A DNA stretch of 64,000 bases, from contig RBZT01000809.1 in assembly GCA_003693705.1 (NCBI GenBank), positions 1 through 64,000 of the forward strand. Direction: 5' to 3'. Within the stretch, counting starts at the first letter, position 1; each line of letters starts with the position of its first letter. Source of the stretch: Polymyxa betae A26-41. Lineage: Eukaryota > Protista > Endomyxa: Phytomyxea. The notes under the pieces are model-generated. The model did not search any database. It was not told where the DNA came from and saw only the letters and a program-made list of their open reading frames with translations. The translations under genes and the position numbers were made by a program. Below, one piece after another: positions 12,349 through 24,965 of this stretch.

Positions 12349-15300
12349 ATGATGACATCACTGCTAATGCTCAAGCCAAGATTGGGCTGTCACAAACGAT
12401 GGTTATCGACCGTGTCGTATAAGCACACGCTATTGCTGCCCAATGCCGACCTGCCTCGGGGCGATTATTCGAATGGATTTCATTGGCAAAATCTGTTTGA
12501 ATGGCAACGACAACGTAGGGGTCTGCCACAATTTGTCCTTCATGACGGACCGCCATTTGCTGTAAAATGTTACTCCTATTATGATTCCATTTCATTTATC
12601 GATTCCAGAATGGCGATTTACATATGGGACATTGGCTGAACAAAACCATCAAAGACATCGTTATAAGATATAAGATTATGAAAGGGTATCGTGTTGATTA
12701 CAGACCTGGATGGGGTATGTTAGCTTCAATTTTGGCATTTCAATACATCTCGCGCATTTCTTCTTGAATTCGATGTTTCACTCGTTGGAATCAAGTGTAA
12801 TTTACTAACGTACTTTACAGATTGCCATGGATTGCCTATTGAATCGAAGGTCAAAAACAAGGAAACAGATCCGTTGGCAATCCGAAGAGCTTCTCGCGAT
12901 CTAGCATCAGGTGTCATGATGGAACACCAGAAGCAGATGCGTTCCTGGTCATTGATGGCCGATTACGAAAACGCATACTGCACCATGTCGAAAGAATATG
13001 AAGCCAAACAAATTGAATTGTTTGGCGAGATGTCGTTTCGTGGGTTGCTACGAAGAGAGTTCCGGCCTGTTCACTGGAGTCCATCATCGCAAACGGCGCT
13101 GGCTGAAGCTGAGCTCGAATATCGTGACGATCACTGTAGTAAAGCCGTTTATGTCGCTTTTCCTATAGCCACATGTTCTGGTCCTCTCGCTGAACAGCCC
13201 AATGTTTCTGCTCTAATTTGGACGACAACACCATGGGTATTTTGATTGCGTCATGTTTAGCGATCACAGTAACTTTGATTTCAGACGTTGGAGGCTAACA
13301 CTGCAATCGCATTCAATGCGGAGGCTACGTATGCTGTAATTCAGACAAGCAAAGGGAAATTTCTGGTCGGAGAGGCTCGATTGGCAGCTTTACGAAAAAT
13401 ATTTCCCGATTTGAGTGCTGTTATTCGTTCCATTAAAGGCTCCGATCTTCGTAATATCCGATGCAAGCATCCATATCAGCTGCATCGCAATTCGATCCCA
13501 TTAGTGGCAAGCGAATTCGTAACGGATTCTGCAGGCACATGTCTGGTGCATACTGCTGGTGGCCATGGCAAAGAAGACTTTCTTGTCTGTCGCCGAAACG
13601 ACTTACCTATTCTCTGCCCCGTTGACGAAGTAAGCAGTTTCCCATTCGGCTAGTCAATGCTAACTGCGAAATAGCAAGGCAAATTTACTGCCGAGGCGAA
13701 TCAGCTGTCTGGGAAGTATGTCCTCGGTGCTGGTCAGGATGCTATTCTTCAGATGATGACCGAACAAGGCACCTTGATCCACCAAGAGGACTACATCCAC
13801 TCCTACCCTTACGATTGGCGAACCAAGAAACCCATCATCCAACGTGCCACGCCGCAATGGTTCTGCCGCCTAGACGGCCCCGTTCGGGACGCCGCTCTGA
13901 ATGCGCTCAGCGACGTCTCGATGTTCCCAGACGGAGGCCAACGTCTTCGAGCTATGCTGACTTCTAGAGATGATTGGTGCATCTCGAGACAGCGTGTATG
14001 GGGTCTACCCATCCCTGTCTTCTATCATGAACACACTGGTGAAACGTTACTCCAAAGGGACACCATCGCTCACGCTCGTGACATGGTCGCCCGTTATGGA
14101 TCTGACTGCTGGTGGGCGCAGCCACTCGAGAACCTTCTACCCGAATCTAGACGCCATGAGGCTCATTTGTATAAGCGTGGTGTCGACACCCTGGATGTCT
14201 GGTTTGATAGCGGATCGTCATGGGCCGCCGTCCTCAGTGGCATCCAAGCCGATCTGGTTGTTGAAGGATCCGATCAGCATCGCGGCTGGTTTCAATCGCT
14301 GCTGTTGACCAAGATTGCTTCTGGCGGGAAAGCGGCTCCTTATAAGTCTGTTGTCACGCATGGGTTCGTAATGGACGAGGCGTCTAGAAAGATGTCCAAA
14401 TCGCTGGGGAATGTTATCGTCCCGAAGGGGCTGCTTAAAGATTCGCGTTATTCTGTGGAAACCCTGCGAATGTGGGTGGCGTCGTCCGACTATTCGAGTG
14501 ATGTTCATATTGGACCTGTGAACCTTTCAAAAGCGAATGAGACTCTTCGAAGGATCCGAAATGCTGCTCGATTCATGTTGGGCTGTATTGATGATATGAC
14601 TGCAAGTGATCACCTACGTTATGATGTGCTACTTCCTATCGACCGTTATGCATTGCACGTACTGGCGAAAACCTGCCATGAAATTGATGCTTCATTTGAA
14701 TCGTATCAGTTCGCCAAAGCGCTGTCTATTTTGAATAGGTTTCTGGGTGGATTTTTCTCACCGATCTATGCCACTGCTTGTAAAGACCGTCTTTATGCCG
14801 ATGGGAAATCATCGACCAATCGACGTTCTGCTCAGACGGTTATTTCCATCATGCTATCAGCATTGACATGTTATATCGCTCCAATTGCCCCACATTCAGC
14901 AGAAGATATTTTCGCCCAGACGAAGCAATATGCATTGCTGAATGCAGATGATTGCAGGTCGATCTTTAAAAATGGATGGGTTCCAGTTCAGCCTGAATGG
15001 ATTAACGACACCTTGGCAAGTGACTGGGAAGCGCTGCTTCAGTTACGAGAAGTTATCAACAAGATGCTTGAACAAGTTCGTGTTCAGAAGCAGATCGGAA
15101 ATCCATTGCAGGCTAGTGTGACCATGGACATTCCTGACCATTGTTTATTAGCAAGAGAGATTAAGGCCACTGGTGTTGAGAATGTCGCCGAGCTTCTTTC
15201 AATTTCGCAGTTCAATCTTGAACCACTATCGCCATCAGCAAAATACTTTCTGCAAGAAACTCGCCCTATTGGAGAAATTACCGATGCTGAGAATGAAGCT

Positions 15301-15474
15301 GGGCTGGAGATTACTATCGGTGTTGCACAAGCTGAAGGCTCCAAATGTGCTCGTTGTTGGCGTTATACTGTTGTGTCAGCAGATTCAGATATCTGCGATC
15401 GATGCCATCACGTTGTCAGAACGGATCACCAAACGATGTTTGTTTCTTGTGAACCCATGTCCTCAAATTTATAA
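12349..15474 (+). CDS. IARS2: Isoleucyl-tRNA synthetase, mitochondrial/bacterial type, multi-exon
   Basis: LHDGPPFA|[11 protein letters not shown]|[39 protein letters not shown] and a C-terminal CARCW..CDRC zinc finger. The N-terminus is basic and presequence-like. Confidence 0.95.
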
Positions 15475-15803
15475 ACAGAAAACTGCTGCATTAGAACTAA
15501 GTTATCATTTTGGCATGAGATTGCGACGTTTCAGTTACAATTACAACAATCCATTTTTCTAGCAAAAAGAAAATGGATTGGTCGCAAAACGAAAAATCTA
15601 ACACGAGCCATTCGCTAAAAAGACAAAACCAATAGATTAATGAGATTTTAGCCAAAGCCAATCCAGACTCAAAGTTTCCTATTTTTCAACAATTTTTTTA
15701 TAAAAATCCAGAATTCATTAGCGCCAGGCCATATATGTCTTCGGTGTCCGTGGCGCATTAACGGTTTGAATGGCGACTTCCCCGCTTTCAAACAATCTTG
15801 ACG

Positions 15804-16616
15804 ATGGCTGACAGTGCAGAGCGTGGCGGATTCGGTCGTGGATTCGGTCGTGGTGGCGAAGGCGGCCCCCGACGTGGTCGTGGAGCTCGTCGTGGCCGTG
15901 CCCGCGATGAGAACAAATGGGTGCCCGTCACCAAGCTGGGCCGTCTGGTCGATCAGGGCAAGATCAAGTCGCTGGAGGAGATCTACCGCTTCTCGCTGCC
16001 CATCAAGGAGTACCAGATCGTCGAGAAGTTCCTCGGCGACAAGCTCAAGGACGAAGTCATGAAGATCTCGCCCGTTCAGAAACAGACCCGCGCCGGTCAG
16101 CGCACGCGCTTCAAGGCGTTCGTCGTCGTCGGTGACAGCAACGGTCACGTCGGTCTCGGTGTTAAATGCAGCAAGGAAGTCGCCACGGCCATCCGCGGTG
16201 CCATCATCGCCGCCAAGCTGTCGGTCATCCCCGTCCGCCTCGGCTACTGGGGTGTCACCTTCGGTGACGCTCACACCGTCCCCTGCAAGGTCACCGGCAA
16301 GTGCGGTTCGGTTCGAGTCCGTCTCGTACCGGCGCCTCGTGGTACCGGTATCGTGGCCGCTGCCGCCCCCAAGAAGCTCCTGGGCTACGCCGGTATCGAG
16401 GATGTGTACACGTCGTCGGCCGGTAAGACCCGTACTCTGGGTAACTTCGTGATGGCCACGTTCCACGCCGTCTCGAAGACGTACGCGTACCTGACACCTG
16501 AGGACTGGGCTGCCACCAAGTTCGAGCCCACTCCCTACCAGGAGTTCAGCGACTTGCTGTCGGCCCAAAAGGCCGCCGAGAAGGGTCCCGAGAAAGCCGC
16601 CGTTGAAACTCATTAA
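15804..16616 (+). CDS. RPS2: 40S ribosomal protein S2 (uS5), intronless
   Basis: RG-rich N-terminus, [28 protein letters not shown], strong C/G-ending codon bias. Confidence 0.98.
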   Translation: MADSAERGGFGRGFGRGGEGGPRRGRGARRGRARDENKWVPVTKLGRLVDQGKIKSLEEIYRFSLPIKEYQIVEKFLGDKLKDEVMKISPVQKQTRAGQRTRFKAFVVVGDSNGHVGLGVKCSKEVATAIRGAIIAAKLSVIPVRLGYWGVTFGDAHTVPCKVTGKCGSVRVRLVPAPRGTGIVAAAAPKKLLGYAGIEDVYTSSAGKTRTLGNFVMATFHAVSKTYAYLTPEDWAATKFEPTPYQEFSDLLSAQKAAEKGPEKAAVETH

Positions 16617-16721
16617 ACATCTTTATCCATTCTATACTCTGAAATATTTTTTGTATTGATCCGAATGAGTTGAGATGAGCTTTTGTTGAAAGCGAATTTT
16701 TTTGGCAAGGCGGCCGAGAAA

Positions 16722-18423
16722 CTACAAATCTTTCAGGTCTTTGGCTGAATTCTCTTCACTAGCTGGTTGACATTTCATTTCGGAATTGAAGTCCACGATG
16801 ATGGGCAGATGGTCACTTCCGATCTGATCTTCCACGACCTGAACGCATTTGATCTCAGTGGCAAGCCGAGATGAGGCCAGGACGTAATCCAAGCGCCAGC
16901 CTTTCTTTTTCGCTCGGCAATTAAACCGATAGCTACTATACTCAACAACCATTAATCCTTTGAACAAATATGAAATGCAGAAATCTACGAAAGCAAACCA
17001 GACTCGTATGCACGAAGCAGAAGCTTCTGAGAAACAGCTAAAGCATACGCCTACGACTTACTAATAGGTATAAGCTTTGACAGTTTCGAACGGGTGGAAC
17101 TTTCGGTACATGTCGATGAGATCGCATTCTTCCAGCAGTTTGGTGAAGTTCTCGCGCTCTTCATCGCAGAAGCCCGCCGTCTACGAGCCGGCTTAGCTAA
17201 TTCCCAAAAATCTCACGTTTTCGAAACCTTGTTTCGGTTCTTGATCGGATCGTGAATGTCAATATCCAGGTCTAAGCAACATCATATAAGACATCTTCGC
17301 CATGCAACTCACAAAAAAGCAATTTTACAAAACAGATAACAAATTTTCGGGAAAATGACTGAATTTAGAAGGGCGACGCGACGTACGAGCAACGTTCAAA
17401 TCGCCGGTCACGATAACGGGTTTCTTCTCCTGGAGATCCTTGACGTAATTACGAAATTTCACGTCCCATTCGGTTGTGCGATATTTGAGCCGATCAAGTT
17501 TGGCCCCGGAATCTATACGGTCGGATATCAGGCAGCGATCCGATCTGCATAGAGTCAAGACCGACTGGGAACATAGACAACGACCACGTAGTAATCAGGC
17601 AGTTCAATCGTCATTAAACGTCCTTCATCGTCACATTCGCCTTTGGAAATTTTCAGAACAAGAACAATAAAAAAAAACTTTCCAAAAAAGTTCAAATGCA
17701 AAACTTTCCAAAAAGATTCAAATGCATCTATAACAAAATTACCGCCAACCTATGCCGTATGAGATGGTTTCAGGCTTCACTTTCGAGTAGATTCTATGGT
17801 CACGGATCAGTACGACCCATGATAGCGTCCCAAGAATGAAACTGACGCGGTCCCCGAATAGCCGCCTTTCTTAACGGTGGCGCTGTTCATGTGGCAGTGA
17901 TAGCCGCGCTCGGTGAGATCCAGCGGGTTCTCTTCCTTTCTGCATTTCGTCTCGGACATGCACAAGAGATCGGGCTGGAATTTCGTGATAAAATCGGGGA
18001 TGATATTCGGCTTCTGTGCAGCGTTCAGCTGGTGCTTTACCAGAAAGGGTGATTAGCCACCTTGACGACCGCTCTCAAACCGTTTACATTCCCTGGATCG
18101 CAAAGTCAACAGACCAGAAGAATGCCAAACACGAACATTACAATCATCAGCAGAAGCAGAAATGTTAAAAAACTAGATGAAAGAAACAACAAATAAGCCA
18201 GAATTCCGAACAAAAGATAAAACAGCCATTTAGAGATCATGAAGCCAAAAAGTCCAGAAAAAAATCGCTGTGAAAGCATCGACTAACAGAAAGCGATTCG
18301 CTGGACATGACGTGTCGCGGTGTTGGGTTTCGCCTTCTTGCTGGGCTGTACGACCGCGTCGCTGAGCGCCCGTTTCACCGACTCGCCGCCCACCATCACC
18401 AATCGACGTAATCGGGGCGTCAT
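16722..18423 (-). CDS. APEX1: ExoIII-family AP endonuclease (APE1-like), multi-exon
   Basis: RIAF|WNVNGLRAVVK, LCMSETK, GYSGTA, DEGRL, VIVTGDLNVA, GWRLDY, GSDHLP. Confidence 0.93.
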
Positions 18424-18465
18424 GCGCGCCCTTCACGCAGTCCGTCGAATCGGCCAACCTCGTTC

Positions 18466-19197
18466 ATGGTTCGCTTCAAGGTTCGCTACCTGCTGGCTCA
18501 GATCGTCTGGGATGATGGCAAAGTGGACCAGGCGCTGTCAGCCGCCGCCCTACAGAAACTCGTGAAGAACGAGGTGCGAGACAAATTCGGCGATTATGGC
18601 AGTGCCACCTGTACACATAATATTCACGGTTTGAATTCGCTGTTCTCATTGTCATTTTCCTTTGAAAGTTCGATTTCCACTTTGTGTTATTTTCCGTTGA
18701 AATTTCGATTTCCATCTTGTGACATAATATGAACTCGCTGTTCTCATTGTCATTTTCCTTTGAAAATTCGATTTCCAATTTGTGTTCTTGCCTCTTTAGC
18801 GGGAAATCTACTGCCTTTCCTGCATAAAATAATATTTGAGTCTCTTTGCATGTTTATCTGAAAGCTGACGTCATTTACAGTCAAATATTTCAACAACGTG
18901 ACGGGCTTGCTGATAATTCGATGCCCGAGGGCCAGCTATCGAATCATGTGGGCCACGCTCAGCCTGATACAATTCATCGAACAGCGAAAGATGAGGATGT
19001 CCATGATCTATGTAGCTGGTGACCGCCTAAAACGACCTGGAGTCTTCGTCATCTGACGCCTTTCTTTAGGGACAATTAGTTCATGCCAAAAGCATGCTAT
19101 CAAATTCCATACGGATACGATTCGCAATGAGAAGATCGCTGCCAGGCTTAATAATCTGAACGCGAGCACAAGAGAGATTATGGATCTAGAACACTGA
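18466..19197 (+). CDS. POP5: RNase P/MRP subunit Pop5 (Rpp14/Pop5 family), 3 exons
   Basis: MVRFKVRYLL...FGDYGSA...|VKYFNNVTGLLIIRCPR...|GTISSCQK. Stop at 19195-19197. Confidence 0.9.
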
Positions 19198-19377
19198 TTT
19201 AATTATTCTGCACAAAACCTGCTTATTTATTGAACGAAAGTTCGAGCACGGGTGCTTGAATGAACCCGCCCAATGGTAATCAGCATTACCAAGCGTAAAA
19301 AGCGTTCCTGGATGATGCTGTCAATCAATAAACTTGGCTCAACTTTAGCGTATTTATTATTACTAAAACGGCGAAGA

Positions 19378-20681
19378 TCAGGCATACAAATCTGTCGAAC
19401 CCGGAATCGACTGATAGTAATCGAAATGATCGGGTAGCACATGTCGAAGATCACGTTGTAGCTGCCAAGCCACGACCGATCCTGCGCCCTGAATGCAAAG
19501 CGCCAGTACGGCTACGATGCCAATCGCCCAGGGCAGATGAAACGGAATCGACATTGACAGCATCGTTGATAGGAACGCGATCTGCAGTGCGATTAACGCC
19601 CAAAACATGCAGGCAAATGTAGTGATATAGCCACGACGCATTGTTCGAACGCCCATGATGCCCAATATCGAGCTAAACGAGACCAACAGGCCCAACGCGA
19701 ACATCACTATAACAGATAATTTGTCAGATCGACAGTAAGAGAAATATAACAGCTTGAGAGTGGAAAACAAAGACAAAAAATAAAGAAATAAAACATAAAA
19801 AATGTAAAATGAGCACATACAATACGATGCCGTATTGTTAGATCCATTATCCGGGCTACTAGACATCCCGATCCATGCTGCTAAAGAGAGGATTCCAATC
19901 CCCCAGGACAGGCATAGACATGATAGAATCAAAAGCGCCGATTCGGGGGTGCACGTCGGGAGCTTGGCAGCGCATCTCGACCAGACTGATGGCGGCCTGA
20001 TGTCCTCGCTACTGAATCGATCAATCTCCTGCAGCGATAGCCGAAAGATCTCCTCGACGTTGATGTTCTGTTTGGCGGAACATTCGACATAGGGACAGCC
20101 CCATTCTCGAGCCAATTCCATGCATTCCTGAACGGGGATTCGTCGTTCGGTGTCAAGGTCCTGCTTACTGCCGACCAGAACTCGAGCGATGTTCTTATGC
20201 CCGACCAGGTTGATCAGCTTGTCATTGATCACTTTCACCTAGACGCAAACTAAACACAATCGCAGCATGAGATAGGCAGGGTGATACGTTTTGTAATGAT
20301 CTCGGCGATGTTAAGCTGAACACCAGAACGTAGGCGTGCGCTCCAATGCAATATTCGTTGCGAAAAAGCTCTTGCTCGTCCTGTAGCGAATCTTCAAAAT
20401 CCCAAAAGCATGCAAGATGGAAGAAAATCGCACCTGTCCCTGTGTATCTGTGATGATAACATCAACGTCTTGACCGCGATGTTTGATCACTTTTCGAAAC
20501 GAATTCTCATAAGTGGGCTCGTAATGGTCATTGAATTTATCGGCACAAAATCGGACCGAGATCGCTGTCTACAGGTACGCTCATTAGCTCGGACTTGCAC
20601 GAAAACGGCAACCATTACTTTGCCGACAAACGAAAACCCGAGAATTACGACACGTCTCTGACGATTGAAGGCTGAAGTCAT
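19378..20681 (-). CDS. RHEB: Rheb-like GTPase fused to a C-terminal four-TM tetraspanin-like domain (Rheb-TM)
   Basis: Spliced sequence GFSFVGK|T, HYEPTYENSF, DTQGQ|DE, YCIGAHAYVLVFS, VLVGSKQDL, ECSAK. It continues in the same exon into hydrophobic helices and has no CAAX. Confidence 0.88.
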
Positions 20682-20967
20682 GATAGTGGAACGGGTCAAA
20701 ATCTGAAGGTCATATCAAGCAAGAGGGAGAAGATTTCTATCAATTCGCAAATTTCTGCTTCCGACTCGCGCAAACATTTGCACAGGAGCGCAGTTTTTTC
20801 TTTAAACTTGCGCAATTTCTGCAAATCTATTTGTCCGGTGACGAAAATAGAGGCATGTTTAAAATGTTTGAAAGGCATTTTCATGCTGAATGTCAAATAT
20901 AATGTGCTGGGTTCAACCCTGAAAGCACAAAGTTGGTTGTTGACTATAAAAGACTGAATTAAAAATT

Positions 20968-22992
20968 TTAATCAGATTTGATACTAGCATAAATATATTT
21001 CACAAAAGGTAGCGAAGAAGCGAATCCAATTGCGCCAAGCATTAGGAAGAATGCCAGCGAAATGATGGTCATATAACCAAAGAAGAATGACGTTTGAAGA
21101 AATCCACTCATTGAAGATCTATATCCACTATTCAGGCCCTGGATTATATGGAACTTTGCCAGAACTATACCTTCCAAAGTAGTAGAACAGAGAGTAGGCG
21201 AACACGAAAGCTCCACCGCTGCCTCCATTAATGAAAGACGCCCACCACCAAAGATAGTTTTCATGAGCAAGTTGGAAATATGTCAACCTTGAAAGTGAAG
21301 CTAAACATGGCGAAGATTATCGTGTTCATTCAAATGCACTTACGCCACCGTTATGAACGAAGTCACCAAAACCAGCATAACGAACGCCAGCGCCAGCATG
21401 CCAAATAGACGATACACTTGATGGCCCCAAATCGCAGCGAAGATATAATGCAAATCTGACGAACATAAGCACACAGTATTGTTGCTATAGCGTTATATGA
21501 ATACCGATATAGATGGCAGAAAATGGTAAGAAGCCGGCCATAAACGCTGTCGCGAACGGTTTCTGGAACCATGGCGCTGCCGGGATTTCTCTTTGAACCC
21601 GGTTGGTCTTGCATGGCGCCTCGAATGGCTTCGCCGCCTTTCGGCCCCGAATCGCGCCCAGCACCGTCAATGGCATCGTTAGAAATGCCCAGATACTAAA
21701 CAACGTCATCATGGTTGTAACCGGGACAGTCACAACCAATCCATGAAGCGATGCTAAAGTGTTCAATGTCAGAAAGACGACGGACAGAGGCCCGACGAAG
21801 ATGGTCGCCGTCAGCATAGCATTGGTCGCCCATTTCGCATCAGCGCCGATCTGCTTATAGAGATATGCAGAGGCGTAGCCTCCCACTGGAGCCGTGGCTG
21901 TATAGAGCATAATAGCAGCAGTATAGAACGAGCCATGCGGAAACAGAGACAGAACACAAAGAGCAGTAAGGCAGGTAAAGATGTGGGTTCCGCTGCCAAC
22001 AACAGAACTAAGAAGCATCGGATTCGAAGGATATCTGAAGACGTCGCCATGAACCTGTTTCCAACCCGATTCGTCAATGGCTCCTTCCAGAAGCAATTCA
22101 TTGTCGTTGCGTTCCGAGTATCTAGCGAAATCGTTTCGTAGAATTCGCAGGATGATAATGGCGAGGAAAACGGTGAGCAGAAGCACGAGAATGAACGAAT
22201 TGATGATGGAAAGCCAGTGAATGTTGAGAGACTGTTCGCTGAAGAGGGCGCGGGTGTGGTGAGCCCAGCGCTCTACATAAGCAACGCTGACGGATTCCCA
22301 CTCGACTGTGTATGAGAAGTCGACCGTGGCCGAGGTCAGCGAATCTTTCAGTAATATTCTGGCATCGGCATCCGATGAGATCGCACACGAGATGATGCTG
22401 GGTCCATTATATTGCAGAGTGAAAACTGTGTGTGGATACAGATAGATGTTCGTGATATTGTGGACGTGATCTTCGAACTCGAAAGTGTTCGTTTCAGTAT
22501 CGCCGAAAAATCCTTGAATGGGCAGGCCGTCGATGTAGCCAGTATAGACATAATCTTGACTGATAATATCCATGTACCTTCGAATTTTTTCTTGGTTTAG
22601 TTCCAACGTACATGCTCTCTAGAGAATTTGTTAGAAAAATTCGGCAGAGATAATAAGCGCTATCAATCAGACCTTTCGCTTGGTGAATTTCTTGAAGCGA
22701 ATGTCATAGACGGAGCTTTGGAGATGCTTTCCGGTCAGCGCATCACCAAATGATTGTGGCAGCTCTGTTATTGATTCAGGCTTACATACCGGCAGCGAGT
22801 AATAATCGAACGCTTCCGCTGGATTGTGGAAAGACCCAACGGAATCAATATATAATGGAATCTAGCAAAAATCAGATTGTGCTGTGATCCCTTCAGAAAG
22901 CCACATACAGGTTCGCCGGCCTCGTAATCATGGCGGTCATCTGCGGTCACGATGGCGCTGCCAATCAATAGAATCACAGCCAGATACATCAT
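20968..22992 (-). CDS. Transmembrane 9 superfamily (nonaspanin/EMP70) protein, TM9SF1-like
   Basis: Signal peptide, [36 protein letters not shown] and C-terminal YIYASIKSD. Confidence 0.95.
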
Positions 22993-23419
22993 ATTGGAGT
23001 TCTGGACCTTTGGTAGAGCTGTGCTCCCTCATCCTGGCGTGATGACATCACTCTGGGACTGGATGATTGCATGCAGCGATACGAAGAATAAAAAAACACG
23101 AATAAAAAAGATCACGCGCTCAGACCAATGCAATGATGATGGCGTTTAGGGGTTCAGACTGTAGGCAACTACAGGTCGGACGACACAATGCTTGCTGTGA
23201 TCCGAATTGCCGGATTCGGCAAAACCGAAAACTTGGTGGAATGTTTGCTTGTGGCGCCCAAAATACGCCATTTATCGAATCTTGAGAGTGCAATCTGCTC
23301 CTGGTATCAGGCTCTAGACCCGACCAAGAATATGTTTTAATATTGTGTTCATGTATTCACTACTATTTACAGATTGCTAATGATGATAAACCAATTCCAT
23401 GCGAAAGTTATCGGACAGA

Positions 23420-24471
23420 TCAATTCCTTGGGACGCAGCTTTTAGGGCAGGAAATATAATCTGAGGTCGTGACGTCTTGGCCCAGTACGTTCACCCAAGC
23501 TTCTGGATCCAAAATTCTGCAGGACGGTTCGGAAACATCTTGGTCAACTTCAGGATCTGTCTTTAGTAGCGATTTCTAACTAGATTCAATACGACACAGT
23601 AGATGTAGGAGCTCTGAGCTCTTACTGTTTTTTGCACAATTTCGTTCATCTCATTCATGGCATTCGAACGTTCATGTGACAATTGCTGAATGCGAAGCAG
23701 CTGTGAAAAAGGGTCAACGGCATTGATTCGGACAGATCCGACGGCATACCATGAGCTGGTTATCTTGCTCCAATCTCAGGCATCTTTCTGGCAAAGAATC
23801 GTTCGATCCAATCTGTTTAAGTCTTTCATTCTCTTCGGTCAACTCTGTAATTTTCGCATCTGCTGCTGTAAGTTTGCTCTCGAGCATTTTAATACTGAGA
23901 AACTCATCAGCATCAAGTAAATCGGGGTTTTAAATGATCATACGTTGTGCTCAGACGTTCGATGTAAGATTCATCATCTTGTTGCTGCTTATGTGAGGAA
24001 GCCAATGCCCGATCACGTTCCTTGATAATACTATAAGCCTTGCTCAACTCCTCCTGTAGCTTGACCAAGCTGCGTTCAACTGATTTCAACCTAGAGGTTA
24101 GGTTAATCTTTCAAAACAAAATAGGAAGCAAAATATGCAGAAGAAAGTCTAATGACAGCTCAGTCTATAGCCTACCATTCGCGATTTTCTTCGGATAACA
24201 AATCAACATTATTTACAGGAACATCAGTCAACAAAGAGGGTCGTTGGCGAAGTCCATCTAAATCATGGCGAAGCTGAATAGCAGCCTGGCGTTCCACTCG
24301 ATACATTTCGTGCAGAGCTTCATCTGCATGAAATCAGGACACCGGGCAATGAGCACAACTTCGGACCTTACAATCACTAATGACGGCGTCTAACAGACTC
24401 TCGCTTGCGTCTCGAGCCTTCAGGCTCTTTGCTAAATCGGGCGCGGACGCCTTCCGATCCTCGTTACCCAT
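23420..24471 (-). CDS. ATG16: ATG16-like coiled-coil protein without WD40, multi-exon
   Basis: N-terminal LAKSLKARDASESLLDAVISD|YE resembles the ATG5-binding helix. The coiled coil ends NQLM|LLRIQQLSHERSNAMNEMNE. Stop at 23420. Confidence 0.55.
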
Positions 24472-24965
24472 GAAGTCTTCTTTAGCAAACTGCGAGCTTC
24501 ACTTTACCACAGGTTCCCTTCTGTTTAGGACAGTGTCTTTCTGTCCATCTCGTCATGATTGCCGTCACCAACTGCACGATTGCACACGATCGGTGCAACG
24601 GCTATCATAGTCGAGGCAGGATGGAAGGCAGTGTAGCTACTGTCATTGTCGATTAGAAAGACAGTGTAACTGCTCTAAGTGGCTAAGTGCTGAAGGAAGG
24701 GGATCTTGGAAGGAATATAAAAGCTTTATCTGAGCTAGCAGACTCTTAGCATGTAGCGTTCCATATTTCCTTTATTAACATGTTCCGTTGAGAACCGACG
24801 AGGCAATTCCTGCTAACTGGCGCTGTTGAGCGCTTTTGGTTATTTTTATAATTATGTCAGTTGTTGGCTTATTTAGCAGTTGTGATCAAAAACGGCGAAT
24901 TCGGATGATGACTCACGACACCTTGATTGTTTTGATCTGTTTTTCAATTCGACAACCTCTTGGAA

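Noticed and set aside
15669-16613. 314-aa antisense ORF over RPS2
   Set aside because: Shadow ORF produced by the strong C/G-ending codon bias of RPS2; no independent motifs.
23380-23464. ATGATGA...CTGA as another C/D snoRNA
   Set aside because: Antisense to the ATG16-like 3' exon, with no terminal stem, internal boxes or recognisable guide.
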